A DNA stretch of 64,000 nt from Candidatus Bathyarchaeota archaeon (GCA_043826455.1 JBDRQD010000015.1:32001-96000); one strand, 5' to 3'; positions 10,360 through 20,221 are shown, numbered from the stretch's first letter. Numbers and translations are program-made. Notes: generated by a model not told the origin, from the letters alone.

Positions 10360-11820
10360 ATGGCACGCGACGAGGACCCGAGAGAGTTGACTTTAGACCC
10401 AGAGAACTGGGGTGAGCTCAGGAAGCTGGGTCACAGGATGCTAGACGACATGATGAACCACCTGGAGCAGGTGCGGGACCGGCCTATAATGCAGAAAGTG
10501 GCCGACGAGGCCAGAGAAGCGTTCACGCAGCCTCCGCCGATGCAAGGGGTAGGAGCTGAGGCTGCCTACGAGGAATTCGTCGAGCAGCTGCTACGGAACC
10601 AGTCTAACTTCAATAAGCACCCCCGTTTCTGGGGCTTCGTTGTGGGCACCGGAAGCCCCTCTGGTATGCTCGCGGACATGCTGGCCTCCGGTCTCAACGT
10701 GAACATGGTGGGTGGGCCACTGGCGTCCACCATGCTCGAGATGCAGGTGACCGCCTGGATGAAGGGGCTCCTCGGATTCCCTATGGAGGCTGGCGGAATC
10801 CTCGTTTCAGGCGGCTCCATGGCAAACCTCCTAGGCCTAACAGTTGCCAGGAACACTTTGGCTGAAGAAACCAAGCAGCTTGGAGCCCGCCGCGGTTTGA
10901 CCGTGTACGGCTCAGATGAGATGCATGTCTGCATCCAGAAGACAGTGGAGATGCTGGGCATAGGAAGCGACAACCTACACAAGGTACCCGTCGACAGCGG
11001 GTACAGGATCAACATCCAGGCATTGGAGGAGCGGATACGCGAGGATAGGGCCGCGGGGATGGAGCCCTTCTGCGTCGTAGGCAACGCGGGCACCGTGAAC
11101 ACGGGCAGCTTCGACGACCTTGAAGCCTTAGCCGACCTGTGCAGCCGCGAGGACCTGTGGCTGCACGTGGACGGCGCCTTCGGGGCGTGGGCGGCCATCG
11201 TGCCGGAGCTCAGACACCTGGTTAGGGGCTTGGAGAGGGCGGACAGCGTGGCCTTCGACCTCCACAAGTGGATGTACATGCCCTACGATGTGGGCTGCGT
11301 TCTGTTCAAGCGGCAGAGCGACCAGGTGAAGACCTTCAGCAACAGGCCCGACTACTTCTCTATGAGCAAGGATACGCCGCCACAGTTCGCCAACTTCGGG
11401 TTCGAGCTCAGCAGGAGCTTCCGCGCCCTCAAGGTGTGGATGGGGTTGAAGGAGAACGGCGTCGCCAAGTACTCGGCCCTGGTGAAGCAGAACGTCGACC
11501 AGGCAGAGTACCTGAAGACGCTGATAGAGTCGCGTCCAGAGCTGGAGCTCATGGCGCCCGTTCCTCTGAACACGGTCTGCTTCAGGTACAAGGGCAGAGG
11601 CATCCCCGACCCGGTGCTGGATGAGCTGAACAAGGGCCTATCCATGCGGCTGATGTTCAGCGGGGCTGGGGCCACCTCCGAGACCAAGGTGAAGGGCAGG
11701 GTGGCTCTCCGCGTGTGCATCACGAACCACAGGACGACTCGACGAGACCTAGAGGAGTTCGTGAAGGCAGCTGCTCAGATGGGGACGATGATGGCCCAGA
11801 ACCCCAGTTTAAACCCCTGA
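10360..11820 (+). CDS. Group II PLP-dependent decarboxylase (aromatic amino acid/glutamate decarboxylase family)
   Basis: HPRF, SGGSMAN, AGTVNTG, LHVDGAFG, DLHKW (PLP lysine) and SRSFRALK. Confidence 0.9.
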   Translation: MARDEDPRELTLDPENWGELRKLGHRMLDDMMNHLEQVRDRPIMQKVADEAREAFTQPPPMQGVGAEAAYEEFVEQLLRNQSNFNKHPRFWGFVVGTGSPSGMLADMLASGLNVNMVGGPLASTMLEMQVTAWMKGLLGFPMEAGGILVSGGSMANLLGLTVARNTLAEETKQLGARRGLTVYGSDEMHVCIQKTVEMLGIGSDNLHKVPVDSGYRINIQALEERIREDRAAGMEPFCVVGNAGTVNTGSFDDLEALADLCSREDLWLHVDGAFGAWAAIVPELRHLVRGLERADSVAFDLHKWMYMPYDVGCVLFKRQSDQVKTFSNRPDYFSMSKDTPPQFANFGFELSRSFRALKVWMGLKENGVAKYSALVKQNVDQAEYLKTLIESRPELELMAPVPLNTVCFRYKGRGIPDPVLDELNKGLSMRLMFSGAGATSETKVKGRVALRVCITNHRTTRRDLEEFVKAAAQMGTMMAQNPSLNP

Positions 11821-11950
11821 AAAGATTAGCTCCTTTACGCTGAACGGCTTCTCGGCCCAGTTTTTCCTATCCTAACTAAAATTTTGGCTTAATTATGAAA
11901 TAGGTTTATAATGTAAGGCTCTAAACCATCCCTTAAGGTGAAACAAGGAA

Positions 11951-12499
11951 ATGGTTGACCTACTGATCGGAGGAATAATAGTCATCGGAGCGGCACTCGT
12001 ACTGCTCTACATCACCTACTATAACAGGATAAGAACCCTGGGGAACAGGATCGAGGAGGCATGGGCCCAGATAGACGTACAGCTGAAGAAGCGGTACGAC
12101 CTGGTGCCCAACCTGGTGGAGACAGTGAAAGGCTACGCCAGCCACGAGAAGGAGATATTCGACAACATCGCCCAGGCCCGGGCGGGCATGGTGAGCGGCT
12201 CACGGCAGGACCGTGTCGCCGCGGACGGCATGCTGAACCAGGCCCTAGGGAGGCTCTTCGCCGTGGCGGAGGCTTACCCGAACCTGAAGGCTCAGGAGAA
12301 CTTTAAGCTCCTGCAGGAGCAGCTGGAGGGCATCGAGAACAAGATCGCGTACAGCAGGCAGTTCTACAACCAGAGCGTGCTGACCTTCAACAACCTGATT
12401 ACTACCATCCCTGGCATGTGGTTCGCGGGTGGCCGCAGCAAGCACGAGTTCCTCGAGATACCCGCAGAGCAACGCGAAGCCCCTAGAGTGAAGTTCTAG
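11951..12499 (+). CDS. lemA: LemA family protein
   Basis: N-terminal TM; QIDVQLKKRYDLVPNLV, EAYPNLKA, RQFYN. Confidence 0.95.
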   Translation: MVDLLIGGIIVIGAALVLLYITYYNRIRTLGNRIEEAWAQIDVQLKKRYDLVPNLVETVKGYASHEKEIFDNIAQARAGMVSGSRQDRVAADGMLNQALGRLFAVAEAYPNLKAQENFKLLQEQLEGIENKIAYSRQFYNQSVLTFNNLITTIPGMWFAGGRSKHEFLEIPAEQREAPRVKF

Positions 12500-12500
12500 C

Positions 12501-13409
12501 ATGGGACAACGAAGCTTTCAGGACGAGATGTCCCGCAACAGGCGGGACAGCCTTCTTTTAGCCGTCATAGTCAGTGCGGTCCTCTTCGCCCTCATAGTGA
12601 GCATCGGCTACATGTGGGACCCCACCAGCGTCTACATCATGGTGCCCATAGCGGTAATCATGGTGTTCGTGTACACTTGGAGCAGCTACCAGTACGGGGA
12701 CAGGGTGGTACTTTCCTCGGTGGGCGCTTATCCCGCTGAGGGCCCCCAGTTCATTTACCTCAACGACACGGTGGAGGGCCTAGCCATAGCGGCGGGCATC
12801 CCCAAGCCCAAGGTATACGTCATGCCCAGCGACGAGCTCAACGCCTTCGCCACAGGCAAGAACCCGGAGAACGCCTCCGTAGCGGTGACCACGGGCCTCA
12901 TGCGCACCCTCAACAGGCAGGAGTTGGAGGGCGTCATCGCCCACGAGATGAGCCACATCAGGAACAGGGACGTCCAGTTCATGACCCTGGTGGCCGTGCT
13001 GGTCGGCCTCATAGGAATCCTGAGCCACATGATTCTCCGCAGCTACTGGTGGGGTGGCGGCAGGAGCGATAGACGGGAACGCGGTAAGGGCGGTGACATC
13101 AGGATGCTCATCATAGTGGTGGGCTTCGTCATGGCCATCTTCGCCCCCATAGTCACACGGCTGGTTCAGTTGGCGGTCAGCAGGCGCAGGGAGTACCTGG
13201 CCGACGCCTCGGGGGCCGAGCTGACCCGGTACCCGGACGGTTTGGCGAATGCTCTAGAGAAGATCAAGAACACTAACAGGGGTAACATGAAGGTGAGCGA
13301 GTCCGTAAGCCACCTCTTCATAGCGGACCCCGTCCACAGCGCCCTGGACGCCATATACAGCACCCATCCGCCAATAGAGGATCGCATCAAGCGGCTACGT
13401 GAGATGTAG
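12501..13409 (+). CDS. htpX: HtpX-like M48 membrane zinc metalloprotease
   Basis: NAFATG, HEMSH, SRRREYLAD, STHPP; follows lemA. Confidence 0.92.
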   Translation: MGQRSFQDEMSRNRRDSLLLAVIVSAVLFALIVSIGYMWDPTSVYIMVPIAVIMVFVYTWSSYQYGDRVVLSSVGAYPAEGPQFIYLNDTVEGLAIAAGIPKPKVYVMPSDELNAFATGKNPENASVAVTTGLMRTLNRQELEGVIAHEMSHIRNRDVQFMTLVAVLVGLIGILSHMILRSYWWGGGRSDRRERGKGGDIRMLIIVVGFVMAIFAPIVTRLVQLAVSRRREYLADASGAELTRYPDGLANALEKIKNTNRGNMKVSESVSHLFIADPVHSALDAIYSTHPPIEDRIKRLREM

Positions 13410-13412
13410 CCT

Positions 13413-13808
13413 CTAAACTTCCTTTATTGAGAAACATTCCAGACCCGCCTCTCTACCTTTTTCAGACATCTGTGCGTCCTCTGTGACAAGGGGGAGCTCT
13501 CGCTTCAACGCGAAATAGATGTACGAGGCATCGTAGAAAGGGATCTTCAGCTCAGAGGCCAGCTCCAGTACCCCTTTTTCGTGCCCCTTTAACTGAAGAA
13601 AATTCATCACATAGAAGATGTCCATGAACAACTGCATCATCTCCGTAGCCTCTCTAATGGAATAGCTACCCAGCCGCGAGGTGTGCTTCCATAAAGTGTT
13701 CCCGATCTCATAACGGGCGATCTCCACCGTGTAGAGTCCGTCAAGCTCACATACCCTATCTATTCGAGCCGCCTCATAGATGGATGATGCATCTATCAGC
13801 GGCTTCAT
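13413..13808 (-). CDS. vapC: PIN-domain (VapC) toxin
   Basis: IDASS, YEIGN, YDASY, LVTED acidic PIN residues. Confidence 0.88.
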   Translation of the reverse strand: MKPLIDASSIYEAARIDRVCELDGLYTVEIARYEIGNTLWKHTSRLGSYSIREATEMMQLFMDIFYVMNFLQLKGHEKGVLELASELKIPFYDASYIYFALKRELPLVTEDAQMSEKGREAGLECFSIKEV

Positions 13809-14035
13809 CTCTTATTCCTGTCCTCTCGGATAGATCTCACAACTTCCTCTGTGGTTACTCTGTCGAGCAGCGGTCTAAGCCTCTGGGCGTGTTCCTTAAG
13901 ATCCTCCAACTCCTTTCTACTCACCTCCTCTTCGAGGGCCTCCCTGATCACTTCGGAGGTCTTGACGTTGTACTTGTCGATCTTCTCCTTGAGTTCGGGG
14001 GGTATCCGGGCGGACACGGTCTCGTACTTCACCAT
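13805..14035 (-). CDS. RHH antitoxin (VapB-like); start at ATG 14035 rather than TTG 14125
   Basis: MVKYETVSARIPPELKEKIDKYNVKTSEVIREALEEEV...IREDR; ATGA overlap with toxin. Confidence 0.85.
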   Translation of the reverse strand: MVKYETVSARIPPELKEKIDKYNVKTSEVIREALEEEVSRKELEDLKEHAQRLRPLLDRVTTEEVVRSIREDRNKR

Positions 14036-14037
14036 GG

Positions 14038-14068
14038 TATTACAATTATGTAATAATATTTTGTAATA
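14038..14068. promoter_or_regulatory. Candidate antitoxin operator
   Basis: TATTACA-ATTA-TGTAATA inverted repeat (14038-14055) plus a third TGTAATA (14062-14068) directly upstream of the antitoxin ATG. Confidence 0.55.
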
Positions 14069-14158
14069 AATAAACGTAGCCGTAGCCATCTTCTTACTTT
14101 GTGTGTCGCCTCTTGGATGGCACAAATCCTCTTTTAGCGGTAATTGAAGGGATCAAAT

Positions 14159-14269
14159 ATGAGGAGACTAGGTGAGGGGCTAGCAATAGTGGCCTCATTG
14201 ATAGGAGTGGGCCTGGCGCTGCTGTACCTCTTCCTGGTTTGGATGCCCAACTTCAAAATTAGCTTGTGA
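14159..14269 (+). CDS. Possible 36-aa single-TM membrane peptide
   Basis: Own translation MRRLGEGLAIVASLIGVGLALLYLFLVWMPNFKISL; below the ORF-track size cut-off. Confidence 0.4.
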   Translation: MRRLGEGLAIVASLIGVGLALLYLFLVWMPNFKISL

Positions 14270-14391
14270 GCAACGAGCCTCCGTTTTACTTCTGTAGCTG
14301 GTAAAAGGCCACCCGAAAAACCGTGAATTCCCAGCCACTAGGAACAAACCGATCAACAGATTTCAAAAACAAGTGTCAGCAACCATACACC

Positions 14392-15522
14392 ATGACAGCC
14401 CTCAAAGGAGTACGCGTCCTCGACCTCACCCACGCCCACGCCGGCCCCATATGCACAATGTACATGGCCGCCATGGGCGCCGAGGTCATCAAGATCGAGC
14501 CCAAGTGGGGCGAGATGACCCGCATGTTCCCCCCGCTAATCAAGGGCCAGAGCCCATACTTCGTGTATGTGAACCGCGGCAAGAAAGGAGTCACCCTGGA
14601 CCTGAAACACCCCCGGGGACGAGAGATATTCGTGGAGCTGGTTAAGAAGAGCGACGTGGTCATGGAGAACTTCAGCCCGGGCACCATGGACAGGCTGAAC
14701 CTCGGCTGGGACGTGCTGAGGCAACTCAACCCGGGCATAATATACGCCAGCGTCAGCGGCTTCGGCCACACAGGCCCCTGGGTCGACCGCCGCAGCTTCG
14801 ACCCCATAGCCCAGGCCACCAGCGGCTACATGTGGCTCATGAAGGAGGCCGTGAACCCGAAGGGCCCGCCGCTCCAGGCGCCGGACGCCATAGCGGACAC
14901 CATTCCGGGCTTCACCTGCCTCATAGGCATCCTGGCCGCCCTGGTCCACCGGGAGAGGACTGGCAGGGGCCAGCGCGTGGACGTGGCCCAGATGGACGCC
15001 ATGATCGCCTGCATGCAGAGCTTCAGCTTCTGGAACCTGGCAGGAACCACCTTCCAGAGAGCCCTGAGAATGAATGACGTGAACGTCTCGGGCCTCCACG
15101 AGACCCTGGACGGGTACGTCATGTTCAGCCTGCCCGCAGGCCGCATCACCGACTGGTTCCGGGAGCTCCTGGGCGTAGAGGAGCTCACGGAGGCCGTGGT
15201 GAAAGACTGGGTTAGGAGCAGAACCACCGAGGAGGTGGTTAACATACTCGCGGAGACGGGGGTGCCCGTGGGCGAGGTCCGGGACCTGGATCAGGTCCAG
15301 GCCTGCCCTCAGGCTGCAGCCCGGGAGATGTTCGTCAAGGTCAGCCACCCGACTCTTGGCAAGATCACTGAGCCGGGGTTCCCAATAAAGTTCAGCGAGA
15401 CCCGGGGGAATATCGCGGAGCCGGCGCCCCTCCTGGGCGAGCACACAGCGGCTGTGCTGGGCGAGGTCCTGGGTTTGACGGCTGACGCGGTGGAGGCGTT
15501 GAGGAAAGAAGGCGTCGTCTAG
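14392..15522 (+). CDS. Family III (CaiB/BaiF) CoA transferase
   Basis: LKGVRVLDLTHAHAGP, GAEVIKIE, NRGKK, ENFSPG, catalytic-Asp region IADTIPG, APLLGEHT. Confidence 0.92.
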   Translation: MTALKGVRVLDLTHAHAGPICTMYMAAMGAEVIKIEPKWGEMTRMFPPLIKGQSPYFVYVNRGKKGVTLDLKHPRGREIFVELVKKSDVVMENFSPGTMDRLNLGWDVLRQLNPGIIYASVSGFGHTGPWVDRRSFDPIAQATSGYMWLMKEAVNPKGPPLQAPDAIADTIPGFTCLIGILAALVHRERTGRGQRVDVAQMDAMIACMQSFSFWNLAGTTFQRALRMNDVNVSGLHETLDGYVMFSLPAGRITDWFRELLGVEELTEAVVKDWVRSRTTEEVVNILAETGVPVGEVRDLDQVQACPQAAAREMFVKVSHPTLGKITEPGFPIKFSETRGNIAEPAPLLGEHTAAVLGEVLGLTADAVEALRKEGVV

Positions 15523-15571
15523 CCCGCACCCTTTTAGTACCCATATGCGTGTCTTCTCTATGTGAGATTCT

Positions 15572-17224
15572 GTGAAGGTTGACGCGGTTAGAGGGCTCGT
15601 GAAGATTCTCAAGGCTGAGGGGGTGGGCTTCGTGTCCACGTTCCCCACCTGCCACATCAACAACGCCATCGGCGAGGAGGGCGGGGTGGACCTGTTCATG
15701 GTCCGGGATGAGCGGTACGCAGTGGCCGTGGCCGACGGCTACAGCAGGGTCATGGACGGCAAAGGCCTGGGGGTCTGCACCGTCATGGGGGGCCACAACG
15801 CGGCTGGCCTCCAGATGGCTTACGGCGCCCTAGCCCAGGCCTACGAGGACAGTGTGCCTCTGCTGTGCTTGACTGAGGGTTCGCCCCAGGAGTCCATGGG
15901 GCGGGAGAGGTTCAACATCGAGGCCGCGTTCAAGGGTGTCACCAAGTGGAGCGGCTACATCAACAGGGCCGAGAGGGTGCCCGAGTACATGAGGCGGGCC
16001 TTTACGTATATGAGGACGGGTAGGCCCAGCCCTGTGCTGCTACAGGTGCCCAGGGGCCTGGGCGAGTACGACACCGATCTGCACCCGTATAAGCCGGTGC
16101 AGGGGTGGAGGAGCATGGGCGATCCGGGGGACGTAGAGAAGGCGGTGAGGGCGCTGCGGGCGGCGAGGAACCCTCTTCTATATGTGGGGGCCGGGGTGTT
16201 CTCAGCCGACGCGTGCTCGGAGCTCAAAGAGTTCGGGGAGCTGGCCCAGGTGCCGGTCCTGACGACTCTGAAGGCGAAGAGCGCTTTCCCCGAGGACCAT
16301 GAGCTGAGCCTCGGTGTGAGGGGTGAGCCTGCTGAGCGTTTCCTGGGTAAGGCGGACCTGGTGGTCACCGTGGGGGTGGGCTTGACGCCCAGCGGCTTCA
16401 TGCACGGGATTCCCGACGCTGTCCACAAGAGGATCATCCAGTGCACCGTGGACGAGTCTGACCTGAACTGCGACTACGGCGTTGATCACGCTGTCGTCGG
16501 TGACGCCAAGCTGGTTCTTGGGCAGCTGACGGCCGAGCTGGAGAAGCAGGGGGCTCCGAAGCGTAAGGAGAGCCTGGTTAAGGAGATCACCGACGCGAAG
16601 AGTGCTCTCATGGAGAAGTACGGCCCCTTCATGGAGTCCAGCGAGAAGCCCGTCAACCCCTACAGGGTGTACGCGGAGATGATGGCGGTGCTTGACCCCC
16701 TGAACAGCTCGGTGACCCACGAGTCCGGCAACACCAGGGACCAGCTGAGCACCGTGTACGTGAGCAGGGTGCCTCACGGCTTCCTGGGCTGGGGCAACGT
16801 CTCCACCCTGGGCTACGGCCTGGGGGCCGCCATGGGGGCCAAGCTGGCCACGCCGGGCAGGCAGGTGGTGAGCGTCACGGGGGACGCGGGTGTCGGCTAC
16901 CAGATGGGCAACTGGGAGGTCCTGGTACGGTACGGGATGGGGGTCACCACGATCCACATCAACAACGACGGCTTCGGAGGCTACGGCGCCGGTTTCTGGG
17001 GGAAGGGCCACAGCCCCTATACATATGAGTTGACGCCCAGTAGCGTGCAGAGCTCGGCTGGGGTGGCGGAGGCCCTGGGGATAGGTGCGGAGCGGGTGGA
17101 TGACCCCGACGAGGTGGCCCCCGCCTTGAAGCGGGCGCTGAAGGCTAACGCGTCGGGTAGGCCTTACCTTGTGGAGGTCATCTGCTGCAAGCACCCGGTT
17201 TACCCGGGCTGGGTGCGCGCCTAG
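15572..17224 (+). CDS. Thiamine-diphosphate-dependent enzyme (ALS/oxalyl-CoA decarboxylase superfamily), substrate unknown
   Basis: RDER catalytic Glu, ADGYSR, TGDAG...INNDG TPP-binding motif. Confidence 0.88.
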   Translation: MKVDAVRGLVKILKAEGVGFVSTFPTCHINNAIGEEGGVDLFMVRDERYAVAVADGYSRVMDGKGLGVCTVMGGHNAAGLQMAYGALAQAYEDSVPLLCLTEGSPQESMGRERFNIEAAFKGVTKWSGYINRAERVPEYMRRAFTYMRTGRPSPVLLQVPRGLGEYDTDLHPYKPVQGWRSMGDPGDVEKAVRALRAARNPLLYVGAGVFSADACSELKEFGELAQVPVLTTLKAKSAFPEDHELSLGVRGEPAERFLGKADLVVTVGVGLTPSGFMHGIPDAVHKRIIQCTVDESDLNCDYGVDHAVVGDAKLVLGQLTAELEKQGAPKRKESLVKEITDAKSALMEKYGPFMESSEKPVNPYRVYAEMMAVLDPLNSSVTHESGNTRDQLSTVYVSRVPHGFLGWGNVSTLGYGLGAAMGAKLATPGRQVVSVTGDAGVGYQMGNWEVLVRYGMGVTTIHINNDGFGGYGAGFWGKGHSPYTYELTPSSVQSSAGVAEALGIGAERVDDPDEVAPALKRALKANASGRPYLVEVICCKHPVYPGWVRA

Positions 17225-17480
17225 CCCCTTTTTCTTCTGGGGTGACGGTGGCTGGGTAGAATGCATCTTCTCCTCTTGGGCCTGATCGCATCTTTAACAC
17301 ATAAACGCTTAAACCAATATGCTTATAAGTGGATACGCACATAAGGTATAATGCGGATAAGCAAGGTGAAACAAAGATGATGATAAGAACAATGGCAATA
17401 ACAAGCGAAGGCATAAGACACTTTGCTCACTGGAAAAACGTCTAGCGTGTGGCGCGCAAAAAAAACTGTTGGTGATTGAA

Positions 17481-17624
17481 GTGGGTAGAATCAGCGCAAT
17501 GCTCTCAGATGAACTGGAGAAGAAGCTAAGACTCAGAGCCCTCGAGATATTCGGAGGAAAAAAGGGTGACCTGTCCAGAGCAGTCGAAGAAGCCGTAAAA
17601 ACGTGGGTTACCACAGAGAAATAG
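17481..17624 (+). CDS. Small ribbon-helix-helix DNA-binding protein (47 aa)
   Basis: Own translation MGRISAMLSDELEKKLRLRALEIFGGKKGDLSRAVEEAVKTWVTTEK; GGTGA SD at 17471-17475. Confidence 0.75.
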   Translation: MGRISAMLSDELEKKLRLRALEIFGGKKGDLSRAVEEAVKTWVTTEK

Positions 17625-17806
17625 GTTGGGCGAAATAAACTCCAGGAGGGCAGCGCCAAAACGGTAATGGGGCTGACCCCCCTCCGCACGCGGTACAAAA
17701 TAAGGGTATTACCATAAAGAGCGCGCGCGGAACAAAACTGGATTGCAGTATTTTCGTTAAGGGGATCAGAAAGTAAACGGAATGAGAGTGAAAGGAGAAC
17801 AAGATA

Positions 17807-18286
17807 ATGTCAAGCAACATTCAGGAGCAAGAGACGCGCCGATTAAGCATTCTCGATGGAATAAACGGGGGCTTCGCATACTCGAAGATCGCAGCAAAAC
17901 TAGGGGTCCACATATGGGTCGTGATGAGTGACCTGAAAAGAATGCGTCACAACAGGGACCCAGAGCTCAAGCAGGCGATCAGGAAGGGGCAGGAACAGGT
18001 CCAGGCGAAGAAACGATCAGTCGCTAGCCTGCCTGATGAGAGGTTCCACCGTATGACGGGGATGACCTTGAAGGAGAAGACGTTCAGCAATATGATGAGC
18101 TTCTATGAACCTGAGCTCACGAAGATACTTGAATCTAATAACGAGTGCGCCGCGATTAGAGACCTACCTAAAAGCGTTAGAAGAACTTTGAAGCATAATG
18201 GAATCATCGTTCAGGGGTGGAAAACTCCCGAGATCACCGCACTAGCCCGTACATATTTAACATGTGCGCCACCTGCGAATAGCTAA
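17807..18286 (+). CDS. Hypothetical protein with N-terminal HTH-like segment
   Basis: YSKIAAKLGVHIWVVMSDLKRM resembles an HTH; GGAG upstream. Confidence 0.6.
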   Translation: MSSNIQEQETRRLSILDGINGGFAYSKIAAKLGVHIWVVMSDLKRMRHNRDPELKQAIRKGQEQVQAKKRSVASLPDERFHRMTGMTLKEKTFSNMMSFYEPELTKILESNNECAAIRDLPKSVRRTLKHNGIIVQGWKTPEITALARTYLTCAPPANS

Positions 18287-18329
18287 ACCCACGCAAACGT
18301 GAAAACTTACTCTAATCTCTTCGAACGAG

Positions 18330-18614
18330 ATGGTTGTATACACAATGATCCAAATAAATGATAAAAATAAAATCCAGAAAGATGAGCCTAGTTCAAGGTT
18401 TGCATGTGCAGAGGTACAAAAACACCTACCCCAAGACCTTCTACCCCAAGTCACGGTACTGCTTCAGGGCTCAGGTTACATCACCATAAGCCCAAGAGTG
18501 TTGACGAGGCCTGATTGGCAAAGAATCGATGAGAAAGTAAGACAAATGGGCGGTCTCTGGGTTTCGAATGAAAGATACAATCATTGGAGCATCCCCTTCT
18601 CCCGAACACGGTAA
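18330..18614 (+). CDS. Small hypothetical protein
   Basis: 94-aa ORF with globular-looking C-terminal part (LPQDLL...VRQMGGLWVS...HWSIP). Confidence 0.55.
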   Translation: MVVYTMIQINDKNKIQKDEPSSRFACAEVQKHLPQDLLPQVTVLLQGSGYITISPRVLTRPDWQRIDEKVRQMGGLWVSNERYNHWSIPFSRTR

Positions 18615-18820
18615 CAACATCTTCTCAAAACGACTTATCCGTTCGCGAAGAGCCCCGCGAAAGAGGGCGCGCTACATTAGCCAATTCATATTTTACGCTA
18701 ACGCTACGACCACAACTATTGATGTTATTCTATAAATTTTTACTTTAAACGATGCCATATTTTTAAATAAATACATCTCCTTTAAATGGCGCGCAGCGTA
18801 TAATTCTATGGATTCAGACT

Positions 18821-19135
18821 TTGGGTAAGAAACTGGTGAAGACTGAGGTAGACATCCGCAAAGGGATGATGTACCCCAATAAGAACGATATTCTCGGTAT
18901 CGTGATCAAGAACTATGGCCAGACGCGCATGAACATCAAGTGTCAAGATGGAGAGACACGCATGTGCCGCGTGAGAGGTAAGATGAAGAAGCGCATGTGG
19001 GTGCGTGAGGGCGACGTGGTCCTAATAAGCCCGTGGGATTTCCAGTCAGCTGAGAAGGGCGACATCATATTCCGGTACACCAGTAACCAGGCCTACCTTT
19101 TGAGGGAGCGAGGATACCTCAACATAGAGGCGTAA
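18821..19135 (+). CDS. eif1a: Translation initiation factor aIF-1A, second paralog
   Basis: CQDGETRMCRVRGKMKKRMWVREGDVVLISPWDFQ...GDIIFRY. Confidence 0.93.
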   Translation: MGKKLVKTEVDIRKGMMYPNKNDILGIVIKNYGQTRMNIKCQDGETRMCRVRGKMKKRMWVREGDVVLISPWDFQSAEKGDIIFRYTSNQAYLLRERGYLNIEA

Positions 19136-19286
19136 ATAATCGACTAGACCCATTTCTGTACACGTAAGATTGAATACCAATTCCGTGCGGAATTTTAACT
19201 CCCTGCGGTTCTATCTTACGTTTTTATAGTGTTGATTCGTTCGGGTTAGCTCTCTTCAGGGCGCGTAGAACGGAGCAGGTGTAACG

Positions 19287-19607
19287 TCATCTTAGAACAT
19301 GGTGGATAAGCGTCAGGATGTATTGTGTGTTATACCCGACTTCGTTTCTCATCTTCTGTTTAATGCCGGGTACGTCGTCGATATAATCATTGTAGTACAG
19401 TGCTACCTTCTCGAACTCGGGGAACGCTATCGTGCGTATTCCCTTTATTCCTTTACCCTCTATGAATATCCGGTCTGAGGCGGCTCGCGCATAGAAGCGG
19501 CCGCTTCTGGGTTTTAGTGACCATGTTTCTAGTTCTAGGTTACTGCTGAGCTCTGCTTGTAGTTGTTGCCAGTAGTTTCTAATCTCTTTTGTTTGTAGAC
19601 GTATCAA
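19287..19607 (-). CDS. Hypothetical protein
   Basis: 106-aa ORF of normal composition in the AT-rich island; no motif recognised. Confidence 0.5.
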   Translation of the reverse strand: MIRLQTKEIRNYWQQLQAELSSNLELETWSLKPRSGRFYARAASDRIFIEGKGIKGIRTIAFPEFEKVALYYNDYIDDVPGIKQKMRNEVGYNTQYILTLIHHVLR

Positions 19608-19934
19608 ATAGTTTCTGGCTTATTGTTGGAGGACGTGCATAAAAAGACGTGGGCTGACCAGCTAGTTTCGTCGCATACACTGGAGGTATGTATAGGGTTG
19701 CACGGCGCGCGAACATCGTCCACATGTCTGAGGATGTTTTTCCCCTTTTCTTACCTGCGAACATCCTCAATTAAGAACCCTTAAGTTAGGCGCCACTCTA
19801 CCCGTGTGTGGTGTAAGAGATGACCAAGGTGAAGGAGAATGTTGATGAACCGCCTTGGCGTATACTCGGCGGTTCGTGAGGTAGAACTCGTTTCATCGTT
19901 AACTGAGGAGGTGAACCCCTAGGGGTGATGCCAC

Positions 19935-20096
19935 ATGAAGGACATATCGCCCCAGGAGTACGGCATCGGGTACCTCCGCCTCAGGAAGAGCTGCCGAGAC
20001 ACTCCGATAACATTGACATCCAACTGCAGAATGTGTTCCGAGTATCGGGGATGTAGGCATGCCTGGAGGGTCTCCGAGCAGTTGGAGGATTTTTAA
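19935..20096 (+). CDS. Small Cys-containing protein (53 aa), possible metal binder
   Basis: Own translation MKDISPQEYGIGYLRLRKSCRDTPITLTSNCRMCSEYRGCRHAWRVSEQLEDF; GGGGTGA SD-like motif upstream. Confidence 0.5.
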   Translation: MKDISPQEYGIGYLRLRKSCRDTPITLTSNCRMCSEYRGCRHAWRVSEQLEDF

Positions 20097-20221
20097 TATT
20101 TTACTTTAAAGAATAAGATACTTAGAAAATATTATTCCGCATAATTATTCGAAAAATAAATTGAGGAACGGAGTGAGCAAAAAGAAATTTGATGCATACA
20201 CTGTGTGCATCAGATGCGTCT

